A stretch of 64,000 nt of DNA from the NCBI RefSeq assembly GCF_018977255.1, contig NW_024704743.1, forward strand, positions 8,496,001 to 8,560,000, read 5' to 3'. The translations under genes were made by a program, and so were the position numbers. The notes under the pieces are model-generated. The model did no database searches. It was not told where the DNA came from and worked only from the letters and a program-made list of their open reading frames with translations. This DNA is from Callorhinchus milii (lineage: Eukaryota). Shown here piece after piece: positions 41,158 through 54,104 of the stretch. How positions within the stretch are numbered: position 1 is the stretch's first letter; each line of letters starts with the position of its first letter.

Positions 41158-41473
41158 GCGGGTGGTTCCGGGCCCCGGTCTCCGAGGTTGCGTTTCCGCG
41201 GCCCCATGTTTGGAAGGAAGCGAGAGTCGCGTAATGGCGGCCGTGAGAGGGAGACACACACACACATATTAAACACGGCAGCGCCAACCAAACGCAGCGG
41301 CCGCGGGCTTCCTCCCTCTCCACCACCGCACGGCGAGACAGAGATATATATATATTTTTTAAAAAAACAAATACATTTTGACACCGCTCTCTCCATGTGT
41401 GTATTAAAACGAGGGGGAAGGAGAAGGAAGAAAAAAAAATCCTACCACGCGCGCAAAACAAAAAAAAACCTAC

Positions 41474-41626
41474 CGATTCCTCCTCCTTCTCCATCCCCGT
41501 GGGCATCTGGGGAACCGCTCGGTTAATAGAGGCATATTCGTGCAGGTCCGGCAAGTCCTCGCAGCGGTACACGGGAAGGGGTTTCGATGCATCGAGCGCC
41601 CTTGCCCGAAACGACAGTTTGCTCAT
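41474..41626 (-). CDS. EPC1: EPC1 coding exon 1 (Enhancer of Polycomb homolog 1, NuA4/TIP60 subunit; start of the EPcA domain)
   Basis: Translates to MSKLSFRARALDASKPLPVYRCEDLPDLHEYASINRAVPQMPTGMEKEEES (51 codons). This matches the vertebrate EPC1 N-terminus; DASKPLPV and EDLPDLHEYAS are EPC1-type rather than EPC2-type. It ends in phase 0 at donor TCG|GTAGG. Confidence 0.97.
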
Positions 41627-41814
41627 TATTCTCGCCGTAATCCCGTGGTTGCTGTCGTTGCCGTCCCTTTCCCACTCGGGTCTCTCGGTGCCGTTTAATT
41701 TACACCCCAAAACAATGCCCCCTGCCCTCCCCTCGGAAAAAACACACACGCTCGCGCGCTCCCCCTCTCTCTCTCTCTTTCTCTTTCGACAAGTCGATGA
41801 AATGTTGACGCCTT

Positions 41815-41888
41815 TTAAACCCGGTCCAACGTGCCGCGGAGCCGCCCCAAAGCGATCATGAATGAAAGGTGGGAGATCCTAATTCCAT
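41815..41888 (-). other. Candidate overlapping uORF2 (41888-41856, MELGSPTFHS*) and uORF3 (41859-41815, MIALGRLRGTLDRV*)
   Basis: Read directly on the minus strand. The uORF2 stop overlaps the uORF3 start (ATGA). No further ATG occurs between 41815 and the main ATG at 41626. Confidence 0.5.
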
Positions 41889-42027
41889 TCCGCGGCGGTA
41901 AAAGAGGTGGGAAGCGAGGAGAATGCGGTTATTTTTCCTCTTTTTTTCTCTCTCTCGGCCCCCCTCCCTCCCTCCCCCCCCTTTCTCACTCGGCTCTCGG
42001 TTCCGTTGGATTTCCCTTTTGTCGGCT

Positions 42028-42057
42028 TCAGTACGCCATGGCCAACATGGCGGTCAT
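42028..42057 (-). other. Candidate uORF1 (MTAMLAMAY*) upstream of EPC1
   Basis: Minus strand ATG ACC GCC ATG TTG GCC ATG GCG TAC TGA: three in-frame ATGs, the last in GCCATGG context. Only relevant if the TSS lies upstream of it. Confidence 0.45.
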
Positions 42058-43309
42058 TAAAGTCCAGCCATCCCACAATGCACAGAGGCCGGGCCAGGCG
42101 CCGCTCCGCTCCACACGGCTGCGCGCGCAGCCCCCACCCTCCCGCCCGCCGCCGCCTCCTCCTCCTCCACTGCCGCCGCCATTACCACCATCACCTCACA
42201 GCGGCCGCCACCTCTCGCTGTATCTGCAACCCCCCCCCCCCCCCCACACACACACAGTGCTCTTTCTTATACATAGAACAAGACATTTTATTACAATAAA
42301 AAAAACACAGAGCGCTGTGGGACGCTCGCCCCTGCGTGAGGGGTGTTATATAATTGCAAGTTGTGACTATATTCGATTATATAGTTATCTCTGTCTCCCC
42401 TCAGCAGTAGCATCAACCGACCTGCCTCTCACCGTTTGCAACTTTATTTATTTTTTGCCCTCTCCCCCCCCCCCCCGAAGATATTTTTCCCTCTCCGGCT
42501 CGGTTTGATTTTCATTTTTGTTACATATAATTCAATATAAACGCGCGGCTCCACCATTGAGATGCGCACAACTCTCCTCACTTCCTCTCCTCTTATCCTC
42601 CACTCTCTCCCTCCCTCTCGGGTTGGGTTTTGCTTTGTTTGGGTTCTGCAGCTCTTACTGTTTAAAATGCCAAACACAGACGTAGCAGGAGGGGTTTACT
42701 ATTGCCCCTTCTCTCTCCCACCCCCTCCTCAAGCCACACTACCCCCTCCCCCCACATTAATAGCTTCCTTCCCCCCCTTTTCCTCGTCTTTTTCTTCCCA
42801 ATTCAACTACGCCACAACATGGATGCCTCAGTCACAGCAACTTTGCATTGCACACAAGCGGTTTGCAAACGGCGCCCTCTAGAAGCGGTGAAGTGCTTTT
42901 ATTTTTATACTGATACGCATACAGCCCTGTGTAGGGGGACGATAGACAGAGACAGAGAGGTCTGTGGGGAAGGGAGGAAATGTCACATGTCCTGGACAAC
43001 TGTCTGCAATACTCTGGGCAGGTTGTAATGTCTTGACAGACTTTGCGCAACTTGCAAGAGTACAACTGCTGGACTTCCTGTAAATGAGTTTGGTTCTTCC
43101 GATGGCTGAAAATAAGTTGCCACACCAAACTTTTGCGCCAAAGTAAATAAGGGTCGTAAATAATAGTTTCAACAACCTGCGCCTATTTGGCCGCATTTAA
43201 GTTAACTCGAATACAGACAGCTACGCTTTTGGAAGAAGAAAATAATTTGGGGCTGTAAATTATCATGCAATTAATTCTACCAATTTATTGCATCTGGTTT
43301 GTGGATATT

Positions 43310-43995
43310 GTTTATGGGAATAATGTTTGTTGGGACTGTTCGTGGGACACTGCTGTGCACAATTAGCTGCCGAGTTTCACGCACAACGCATAGTCATGAC
43401 ACTACAGTATACCCAGTGAAGAGCTTTGAGATGTCTCAAAGACGTAATAAGGCGCTATGTCAAATGCAAGCATTATTATTATTATTATTGATACATTCAT
43501 ACACAACTTTAAAACAGAAAAATATCACTGTTGGATATTTAATTTCTTTACATTGTACAATATCTTTACAGATATTTTATATTCTGTGAAGCGCTTTGAG
43601 AAATGATAAGGCGCTATATCAAACGCAAGGATTATTATTATTATTATCATGCATCACCAATTTGTAGATGAATAGATTATTATTTAAGGAATTTGCCATT
43701 ATGTCCACTTGTTGATAATGCACTTCTCCTTTTTGACTTTTAACACTACTATGTGCAGGAAGCTCATTCGCTTTTGTGGAACCTATTTATTTTCTTGCAA
43801 TTCTGTGGTCCTCGGTTTAACATCTTATCCAAAGATTGGCACCTTCGGCAATGAGCACTCCCTCAGCACTACATTGGACAGTCAGCCCACAAAATATAGT
43901 CAATCCACTTTACAGTATATTCTGTGAAGCGCTTTGAGACGTCTCAACGACATGATAAGGTGCTATATCAAAGGATTATTATTATTATTATTATA
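43310..43995 (+). mobile_element. Cluster of three SINE 3'-end fragments
   Basis: Repeated GTGAAGCGCTTTGAG..GGCGCTATATCAAA..(ATT)n tails ending near 43490, 43648 and 43995. Confidence 0.75.
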
Positions 43996-46900
43996 GCTTA
44001 GACTACTATATTAGCTCAAAATCCTTAAACTCACAACCATCTGACACAGAAGTGAGAGTGCTTTCAATTGATCCAGGCTGACTAAGTCTAATTTACAATA
44101 TTCACAAATTTGCGTTTATATACTGGTCAAAGGTTGGCATTATAACCACCTGTTTTGAAGTGCCATGTGGACGTTAAAGATCCCATGGCACCATTCTAAA
44201 AGAGAAGAATTTCTCCTGATGTACTGGCCAACAATATCTCACATAAAAATTGTTCATCAATTTTATGACTGTTTACAAATTGTCCTTCTGCCATGTTTGC
44301 CTTCAAATACAATCAATACACTTTACAGTAAATCCTGTGAAGCAATTTGAGGCATTTTGATGATGTGATAAGTGGCTACATCAAATGTAAGTATTATTAT
44401 TTATTGTAAATGTTACAAACACTGGCTTATAAAATTGGGCTCTTGTATAAGAATTTTAACACGCAAATATGTTTAAACGTCACTAGAGTATTTTGCCAGT
44501 ACTCAAAGAATATATGGTAAATGGATTAGTTTTGTTGCATCAATATGAAGATATATTCAATACTATTATTCTAATGCTTTGATGTTCAGTCTAATGTTGG
44601 GAAAAACTTCAGATTGACCTGGAGTACAGACCTTTTTAAAAGGGTACATTTTCATTCCGTTGCAAGCTTCTGTGATGCAGCATTGATTTTACATAAAAGG
44701 GCAATTTACTTTAATAAATACTTTACCTTAATAAATATTACCACCATCTCGATTAAAGCCAGCTGATATAGATTTTGGAATAGAAACCCTGTCAACTTCC
44801 TCTTCTCTCACCAGTCAAGTCTATATCATATTTTAGTGCAAGGTTTCAATGAGAGTCAATGACATCAATAGCATTTTTCATAATCTATTCAGCATTGTAT
44901 TTTGGGGCAACAATTTATCAATGTTAAGAGGAAAACCCATAGCATTAAGCTGGTTAATACAGCAATATGAACTCAGCATGAAAGCAGTAATTACAAATCA
45001 ACAAACCCAAGGTTCAGATTCTTTATTAATAAAAGCCACAACAGATTAAAATTAAAACTAATTTTGAGTTAAAACTAGTTAGTTAAAACTAATTTGAGAC
45101 AAAATTAAAACTAATTTTGAGTTAGACAAAATATGTGAGTTGCTAAACAAAGTAAAGGTGACTTGAAATGGTCAATGTTATCATGTTCCATATTAAACAT
45201 GTGTTTAAGGATGTCAGCAAATCTTCTAAATCTCTAAATTTAACTGTAATAAAGAAAAAATCCCAACATTCTAGTTATACAATAATGAACAGTGGGCTGA
45301 AATTCCAGTTGGCGTTACACTATATTGTTTTTTCAATGTTATCTGTTAAATTTGATTTATCCTATTATAATTGCATATTGCCAAAGAATGACAACCAGTG
45401 TTTCAAGGTAGATTTCAGTCTTTTGATATCTTGATTCAATTAGATTATTTAGTTTTATCTAGAAATGCTAACATTTATTTGTAGTTTAAAATTTAAGTAT
45501 GTTAGGTAAATTTTACAGAAATGATGACTTATAGTTTAGAGTTCCCGCACTTGGTCCCATAAGCCCATCTTTGTTATTACCCCGCACATCACTCCGCAAA
45601 CCCATCTACCCTATCCTTGCCTGGCTCCCTATAGTGGTTTAACTATACCGTACTTATACTTAACCCTCAAATTGCCTCCTTGGCCCATCCTACAAATAAT
45701 AATCCTCAATAATAATCCTTGCATTTGATATAGCACCTTATCACAACAACATTACATTTGATATAGCGCCTTTCACGTCTTGGGAGACGTCTCAAAGCGC
45801 TTCACAGAATATACTGTAAAGTTACTTGACTGTATATTTTGTGGGTGATCTCCTGAAATCATACTCCCCAGGTACTCTCTCTACTCCACTATCTGGAGCC
45901 TGCTTCATACCCTCTCTCTTCTGCTCCCACCCACTTACTCCAACTCACCCTTGAACCCTTGATGGGGGAGCTTTCACTTTGCCCCTGTCCTTTGGAACTC
46001 TTCTAAAAATCCCTGCACCTCAGCCCCATTTCTCCATTTCCAAAGCCAGTTTAAGACCCTTGCCTACACCTTCAACCATCCCTTCCACCTTTCCTATCTT
46101 CCTCCCACTTTGGGATTACTCTCTTCTCTGGGACATGTACTCTCTAGAGGCTTTCAGACTTTTCTCTGTAAAAGGCACTATATCCGTGCAAAGTGTTGTT
46201 TGTTTATAATTATTACATTTAGAAAGCACAATGATGAAGATACTGATTATTTTTGACTAAAGCCCCAAGTGTAATGCTTAAAAAAATAAATAAAACCACA
46301 AGAGTTTGATCATCGTTTTACTGTACTCCGCAAAGCAAACTATTATTAGGAATCTGCATTCCTCAATGCTGTTAAAATTAGGTAAATCATACTATGTTCA
46401 CTGAAGGTTAACAAGCTACAATAATTTCAATTGGCTAGGCCAAGTTGGAAATACAAACTGCCTGCAATACAGCATGATATGCTCGATTCAAGTCACAGTA
46501 CAGAAGTGCATAACTCCACAAGTGAAGTGGTGTAGGTAAACTGTCTCTCACGTTCACCTACAAAGTAGTCACTACACTTTACAGTAAATCAATCCTCCCA
46601 ACATGAAAGTTGCTAAATCAAATTTAAAAAATTTTTTTTACTATTAAAGCAAAAACATGTCCCAAAGAAGAGAGATAATCTCAGTATGTTAGACATGAAA
46701 CAATCCGACTGGTCGATTGCCAATCTACCACTATTACTATGAGTGGGAATTACTTTTCTAATTCTGATCACACATCCCAGTACATCAACCCAAATTTGAG
46801 CTCTTATGGTTAGTTATGGGTAGATCTTTTAGGGAAATACAAGGGTTGGGCGAATATTGTTATGCCGAGTCTTTTAAAAAAAAACTTAAGAATATTTTCA

Positions 46901-47439
46901 CTGAAGCATAAGAAGAGGAGATCTAATAGAAGTTTTCAAAATTAAATTGCTGGTTGGTGAATTGGCAAGAAGAGGAGAGAACCTAAGCATTTTTTTTAAA
47001 AAACTGTATTACTTCAGCACTTTGGGACCTCCCGACATGAAAGGCACTATACAAATGTCATTTGTTGTTGGTGCTGTGAGAGGCTAGAGGTTAGAATTTT
47101 ATTTGTATACAAAGTTTATGAGGATGTGGCTACTGAAGCCAAGTAAACTGGATTTCTAAACTGGATTTTACTTCAACTAAGTACATAAATGTTTATTGAA
47201 CATTCCTAAATAGTAGTGTGAAGGGTTATTCGAGCATTACATTATGTGACAGCTTGCAAATCCCAAGACACAATGCCAAAGTTAGTTCATGGAACAGACA
47301 CAGATACTTTACTGTTAGAATTTCTGCAATTAACTGAGAACAACACTAAATTTGCAGTTTCTAATTTTTTCAGATCTCTCAATTGTCTATACTATACTCT
47401 ACACTATACTCGGGAGTATCCCACTTTATTAGAATTCAA

Positions 47440-48035
47440 TTGCATGTCACCATGGAAAGTTTCTTGCACCTGGAATGGAGTGTGTACTTTCTCCCTGGAG
47501 GATATATCTGGTTACCTAATTCCAGAAATGTAGGTGCAAGTTGGCAAGAGTTAAGATTGGGAAACTCAGATGTATGTTGGAATACTGCAAGGGTTTAACC
47601 AGCTAAAATCGCATAGCTACCCAATAGGGTTTTGGCTTGCAGAGTGAACAGGAGCTGAGTGGAAAGAATCTTTGTACCCAGTGACTGGTCTGCCCCTCCA
47701 AATTCTGCCAATGAGATAGACTGGTTGGTTGGTCAGCAGCAGTCCTTTGGAGTATTGCAAACCAGCCTGGCTCTGGAACCAGACTCCCAAGACAACAACA
47801 GAGGGTCAACACAATTCAGATATTGCCAAGCACTTGATCTTCAAGTTAACTCAACCCCAAGAAGACCTTGTTATTTCCTTCCTGCTCCTGGGAGGATAGT
47901 CACTAATTAGTCATTTGACATCCGACAAGTACAGATTTAAGCACTCGCTAGGTGGATAGCAGATATCACACATTCCTGGTGAACTTCTTGATGAGCAACA
48001 CAACTCAGCATGAAATGTGCAAGAGTCCTGCCCAC
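47440..48035 (+). repeat. Unclassified dispersed repeat, copy A
   Basis: Colinear with 62810-63510 (TCTCCCTGGAGGA, TTTGGCTTGCAG, CCAGTGACTGGTCTG, CTCAGCATGAAA). Confidence 0.65.
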
Positions 48036-49317
48036 AAGCTGGAACACACAACCCTACCTACTGAGTGACAGTTCCACCAATTGGAAATGCAGAGCTTCAG
48101 CAGAAGCTGCTCATCTTTATACCAATTAAGGTAAATTGCTAAGCTCTAGACATTTGAGCATGTGCTCACAAACCTGACTCCACGTAATGCCTTTCAGCAA
48201 CTGTCGTCACAAGCTTCAGACTTTCCTCATCCACTACTCGACTGATATCTGTGTAAGCAGCTTGGCTTCTATTAAAATAAAGTAGCTGAGGGCAAGAAAC
48301 GTTAAGATCATGGGCAGGATTTGTTGTGCACATGCTGGTAAAACTACAGTATACTCAAAACTATCAAAATTATTAGTGCAAGGACCATGGATGGTTGGTT
48401 TCATTAATAAATAAGTCAATCTAAACCACTTGCTGAGAGATACCAGGATAAACTAACTTTTCTTGGTCAATAACCAAGCAGTCAACAACAGGGTAATTCG
48501 AATGGAGTGCTTATATTTTCTTAGAATCAAGGTTATGGCTCTTCTGTAGGAAAGCATCTTCAATAATGCACATCCTCTCAGCAGATATAATAAAATTGTT
48601 CATTCATTCCATAGCTGTTTGTGCGACATTGCCATGCGCAATTGGCCACCGCGTCTCTCCCACAAAATACAGTAAACCCACTTTACAGTATATCCTGTGA
48701 AGCACTTTGAGACATCTCAACAAAGTGATAAGGCACTATATCAAATGCAAGGATTATTATTATTATCACACTAGGTATCAGACTGGATGATAAGCTCAAG
48801 TCCAGGTTTGGCCTCAAACGTGAGCCACCTGATCTAGAGACAAGAGTGTTGCCAAACTGACACTGTTGCCCAGAATACCACTTCAAACGAACGGATTTTC
48901 CATTCGATCAATGTGGAATTCCAATTGGAATTGGAGAAGGCCAAGAGGCCATCGAGCTTGGGCTGCCAGTTTATTAGATCATGGAAGATCTTTTAATCTG
49001 GTGAAGTTTTGCAATGAATAATTTTATTTTTTGCATGCAATTATAAAGGACTCAAATCTTTGATGCTTAACTCAAATACTATGAAGCAATCAAGAACTTT
49101 TTGTGTAGGGCGACAGAAAGGAAGTAGGCGGATTGCATTTAATCGTTGGCTAGACTCATTGCTGCTGGCAGTTTTGAAGTTGTATATCTTTAAAATGCTT
49201 GCAGTGAATTTTTAAAACATGTTCTCACATTTCTCACCTTATTAAGCTATCAGTAGATATTTATTTTCAGCACAGAGATGCAAATGTATAGGATAGATGC
49301 TCAGTAACAGTTTATTT

Positions 49318-49712
49318 TGTCAGCCTGGCTCAGTTAATAGCACTCTTGTCTCTGAGTCGGAAGATTGTATGCTCAAGACCCACATCCAGTCTTTGAATTC
49401 ACAGTAAGACTGATGCACAATACATTACTGGGGGAGTGTTTCATTGTCGGAGATGCCATCCTTTGGATTAAATGTGAAACCGAGGTCCCACCTGCCTGTT
49501 ACAATAGCACTAATTCAAAAAGAGGAGGAAGTTTCTCCCAGTGTGTTGGCCAACAATATTTCAAATAAAATTGGTCATTCATTTCATTGCTGTTTATGCA
49601 ACACTGCTGTCTGTAAAGTGGCTGTATTTGCTTACAAAATAGACATTACACTTTACAGTAAAGCTGGGAAACGCTTTAATACATTTTCAAGTTAAAGGTG
49701 CTAAGCGTAAGG
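49318..49712 (+). mobile_element. DeuSINE (SacSINE1-like) SINE, full length
   Basis: TGTCAGCCTGGCTCAG..GCACTCTTGTCTCTGAGTC head; CATTGTCGGAGATGCC..AAACCGAGGTCCC central domain. Confidence 0.78.
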
Positions 49713-49789
49713 ATTACGGGATTATCATAAAACACACATTAACCCAATCAAGGTTTAATTTCTTGCTGATCCCTGATGAATTTTATAGG

Positions 49790-50740
49790 CAACAAAGAAA
49801 CACAGAAATCTACAGCACAGAAGGAGACCATTTGGCCCGCACTTTCTTAGAAAGAATTCAATCCCCTGCCTCACCGTATCCTGATACCCCTTCAAGCATC
49901 CAGTCTTTCACATGCCTGTCTATTTATCTCTTGAAAGCTACAATGGACTGTCTCAACCACCCTACTTGGCAGGACATTCCACATCCCCACAACTCTAGTG
50001 AAATAATTCCTCCTAAATTCTCCTTTTGCTCGCCTTGCAAGCGAGATACCTGGGTTCGATTCCGGCAGACAAAACCTTGGGCAAGTTTCCTTACTCCACA
50101 CAACTAATAATAATCCCTCCAAAAACAATAATAAATTGGTCATTTTCAATCCACAACTGTTTGTGGGACACTGCTGTGTGCAATTGGCTGCTGCGTTTCG
50201 CCCACAAATATACGGACAATTAACTTTACAGCATATTCTGTGAAGCGCTTTGAGAGGTCTAGAAGACATGAAAAGCGCTACATCAAATGCAAGGATTATT
50301 ATTATTATTGTGACTCATAACTTTGTCCCCAAGTCACCGACTCCCTTATCAATGGAAGTAACTTCTCCCTATTTACGCTGTCAAAGCCCCTTATAATTTT
50401 GTGCACCACTATCAGGTCCCCCCTCAACCTTCTCTGCTCCAATAAAAAAAATGACCCAACTTCTCCAAGTTCTTCTCCTAACTGCAGCCCTTCATGGCTG
50501 GAATCATTCTCATAAAACTCCTTTTTACCCCTTCTTAAGGCCTTATCATCTTTTCTGAAGTGAGGTGCCCAAATCTGCCTGCAGTACTCCAGTTGCAGTC
50601 TGATCAATAGTTTGTATAAACTTAGCATTATAGCTTTACTTTTGTACTCTATGCTCCTGTGTATAAAACCGAGCATTCTATTAGCTTTCTTTATAGTCTT
50701 TGCTACTTATAATGCCACTTTCAATGACAAATGTACCTGT
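49790..50740 (-). mobile_element. CR1-clade LINE 3' fragment split by a SINE
   Basis: MLGFIHRSIEYKS..LIRLQLEYC..QRRLRGDLI, then FT.RVVGMWN.LP.RVVE; CR1 tail near 49800. Confidence 0.9.
50026..50308 (+). mobile_element. tRNA-headed SINE inserted in a CR1 LINE
   Basis: Family sequence splitting colinear CR1 3' sequence. Confidence 0.88.
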
Positions 50741-53700
50741 ACTTTACTGTGAAAACAAATTTATACATGGAATGAACGGATTAGGAGGAGAATGCAGTAC
50801 TCCATTGTTGTATATTCAGCAGCTAATCATATAAATTTAGTTGTCATTTCTAATCAAATGAGATATGAATAGAACTGGATCCCACCACGCAAGATTATAT
50901 AATGAACATTTTCACCGTCTGACTGCAAAACACATCAGTACTAGCAAGCCACACAACAGAACTTGAATCTATTTAAGCTTTATGCTATTATGTGTGACAC
51001 ATTAGTTGTATTTCTTCTCAGCAGAATATCTCCTGTTCTTTTTCAAATGCTTGGCACAGTCTCTCTCTTGGAGCTGTTTTGAATCTTTCTCAAATTGATA
51101 GGGTTAAAAATCTCTCTCACTTGCAGCTAAAGTCTTAAAGAAAATGAATCACTTTGAAACTAGCTCTCATCATAAACCATCCATTATTTGGCACAAATGG
51201 CCAATCTGCCTTACGCTACAAGGATGATTGGAGCATGAAACTAAGCCATTCACATTGTTGCAGTAGAAGGTGCTTCTTAGCTTAATCCACTCTCAGTGAT
51301 GACAGTCTGGCTAGTATTCTGCATAACAATCTCCCACTTTCCTGCCTGCACACAGCAATGAATGGGCCGATTTCCTATAGTACAGATAATTCCTTTACAA
51401 CCTGGGCTGCACATTCGGCAATGTCATTCTACCACGATGCAGATGTCAGCATTTCTCGTGTTGTGCCGCAATAGGCTGGTTGTCGGTCAGGTGGCTCGCA
51501 CCCAAAAGTTGATACTGGCACAGCTGCAAATCTTGGGAGGGAGGGACGTCCAGACAGCTTAAAGGTTAACACAGGATCCAAAGAAGATACAAAGAACATA
51601 AATACTGGCACCCAAATGTCAGCAGCATTCTAGAGTGTGAGCAAGAGCAACAAGGAGACAAGAGAGATGGAGGGAGAGATCGATAATATTAGTAATAGTA
51701 ATCCTTGATTTGATATAGTGCCTTATCACGTCATTGAGATCTCAAAGAGCTTCACAGAATTTACCATAAAGTGTATTGTCCAGATATTCTGTGGGTGAAA
51801 CAAAACCATATCCAGAACAGTCACTTTCCGGATAATGATTGAGATGCATGGAGATTCCAGTCCAGTATTTCTAAAAATCATTTGCTGTTGAAACATGGAA
51901 ATCTGAATTCCTGTCCAAACTGCTTTGAGTGGTCAGAAGCAGATAAGGAAACACAAGTTGCTGGAAATGTTCTGTGCATGTTACTATAGCAGGTAAATGC
52001 TTATACAAATAAGTAGAACAGTTCTAGCAACTGAACTCCAGCAGCTTCTCACTCATCTGCCACCTCAGTCGTCTGCCACCTTTGCAGCTCGACTTTCTTC
52101 TTTGTTCTAATTGAGATTATGAAGCTTGAGACCTGGCAGTTGCCTGGGAATGTGGAGGTTACCAAGTGCCTGTACTGTTATCTATCTTTAAAAGCTTCTC
52201 AACTTTCCCACACGTGCCTGCTGCACTATTCAATGAAAACATTCAGTAATGTCTGTGCATGTTTTGCTGAGTACAGGAAGTCTTATGTGCTGTATGCATT
52301 GTGCCCCAGTGTGAAGCCAATTATATTGAAGATGTCAGTTTTCAATGTAGATTTGCACTAAGTGAAGCAACTACCTGTACTGTCTCCAGGTAGGATATCA
52401 TTGCAGGTACGTATTGGAATGGGACTTCAAGGCTTGAAATTCCAGCTCGTGGTAGCCTTAATTGGATTAACTTTACTTGACTTTCTATTTCCAGGCAGTC
52501 AAGACCAATATTTCATGCCTGCCCCCTCCCCTCCCCCCCCCACCCCACAGGTTCCACTCTGCCGAGCCCAGTCAGGAAGAAACTTTTTAAACTTATAAAC
52601 TTTTTCTCAAGAGTTTAAGAAGACCTAGACTCAGTGTGAGAAGGCATGAGCATCTAATATTCCAGTCATTCAACCTAGTCTGCAAAACTATACTTACAGC
52701 ACTGGGATTGGACACTTTGTTAGGAGAAATTAAAAATTTGCTAAATTATTCACAATTCTTAAATTCAATCTTAATTTGGACACTTTTTAGGACCTGCTGA
52801 AAGCTGGCTTCCAAACCAAGACTGAATTTATGAGCTTCCTAGAATTCTGTATGTTCTTAAAATGTTAAAGACAAAATTGGCCTTACAGAATAAGACTTTG
52901 AAATTTCAAGCCTCAAGATAGCAAAATTATAAGATTAGATTATTGGGAGATCTGAAGAGGCTGCACCATATTAACTGGCTGTGAAAATCTCACACCTGAA
53001 GTTTGCCCAATGTTGGCAGCTTTGGAAACATTGAAACCAAGTAGAGGAAGTGTTAAACTCCATCCAGTCTATAATATACACTGAACCCACCTATGAAATT
53101 GATCCAATAGTGACACCGAATACCCCAAACAAAAATATATAATCAAATAAAACTAGATTAAATTTATGCAAACATAATAAATTACTTAATAAACAAACTC
53201 GTTAACCGCAGATCCAGGTGTTTTGATACGAAATGCAGTGGTTATGTTAAATAAATCAAGTTATGGAAATGACTTGATTCACCAGAGAATAAAAAACAAG
53301 TAAAGGATTTTTAATAGCCGATTCACAATAGATTAGGTAGGTGATTTCATAATCCAATTGACCCTAATCATTCCTTGAATCCCAAAGCACCACAGTCATC
53401 TCCACCATAATCCTCAAATAATCATTGCATTTTAATATAGTGTCATTCACGTCAGAATGACATCTCCTGTTGTCACGTCAGGGCGACACTTCACTGCATA
53501 TCCATTTAAAAAGAGTTATCCACAGGATATGCTGTGAAGTGTAATTACTATATTTTGTAGGCGATTGCAGCAACCAATTTGGAGCAGCAATGTCCCACAA
53601 ATGGCCAGTGATAATCACAGCCAGTTAGTGTCAAAGACTCTTAAGTGTGGAGGAGCAGGGGTTAGGGAGAACATTTAACCACAATTTCCCAGATTAAATT

Positions 53701-54104
53701 GATCAAAAATAAGTTATCAGATAATCAATGCTTGAGGGTAATAAAACTTTGATATAATTATAATATCATTAAAATGAAGTTGCAGGGATGGCTACTGGCA
53801 TATTTGAATCTAGAGGATGCAATACACCTTCACGAAATGTAGAGGTCTCTAGTCCACTTTGTAAAGTACATCGGTGACATGTATTCAGCTGCACGCATGC
53901 ACAATTTATGGGCTTCACAGTGCAACCACATAATAAGCAAATTCACCTGGAGGAAAGCAAGTTAAAGCAGAGATGCACTGTATTCCAATGTCAAAAAACA
54001 TGGATTATTAATCATTTTGTTTGATTTTACATTTAACAAATGATCTCAATTATGCTCAGAGTAATCTTTCATGCCATGAAGAAAATGTTAAAAGCAATAT
54101 GAAA

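Larger units (their letters stand above)
951..41473 (-). other. EPC1: EPC1 intron 1 (40,523 bp, GT-AG, phase 0)
   Basis: Bounded by the GT donor at 41473-41472 and the AG acceptor at 952-951; joins the two exons in frame. Confidence 0.93.
40730..42560. promoter_or_regulatory. CpG island / EPC1 promoter, 5' leader and proximal intron 1
   Basis: Sharp rise in GC and CpG density (GCCGCC runs, GCGGCCGC, CGCG) around the first coding exon, against CpG-depleted AT-rich flanks. The TSS cannot be located from sequence alone. Confidence 0.88.

Noticed and set aside
40700..41749. 349-aa ORF as a complete single-exon gene
   Set aside because: Only 51 codons match EPC1, and a canonical donor splices in frame to exon 2. 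The rest is leader or intron.
41831..43028. Pro-rich plus-strand ORFs (225 aa, 130 aa etc.)
   Set aside because: Low-complexity products of GC/poly-C tracts in the CpG island; no recognisable domain.
45045..45130. Short repeats TTAAAACTAATTTTGAG as a CRISPR-like array
   Set aside because: Irregular slippage duplications without unique spacers, in a eukaryotic context.
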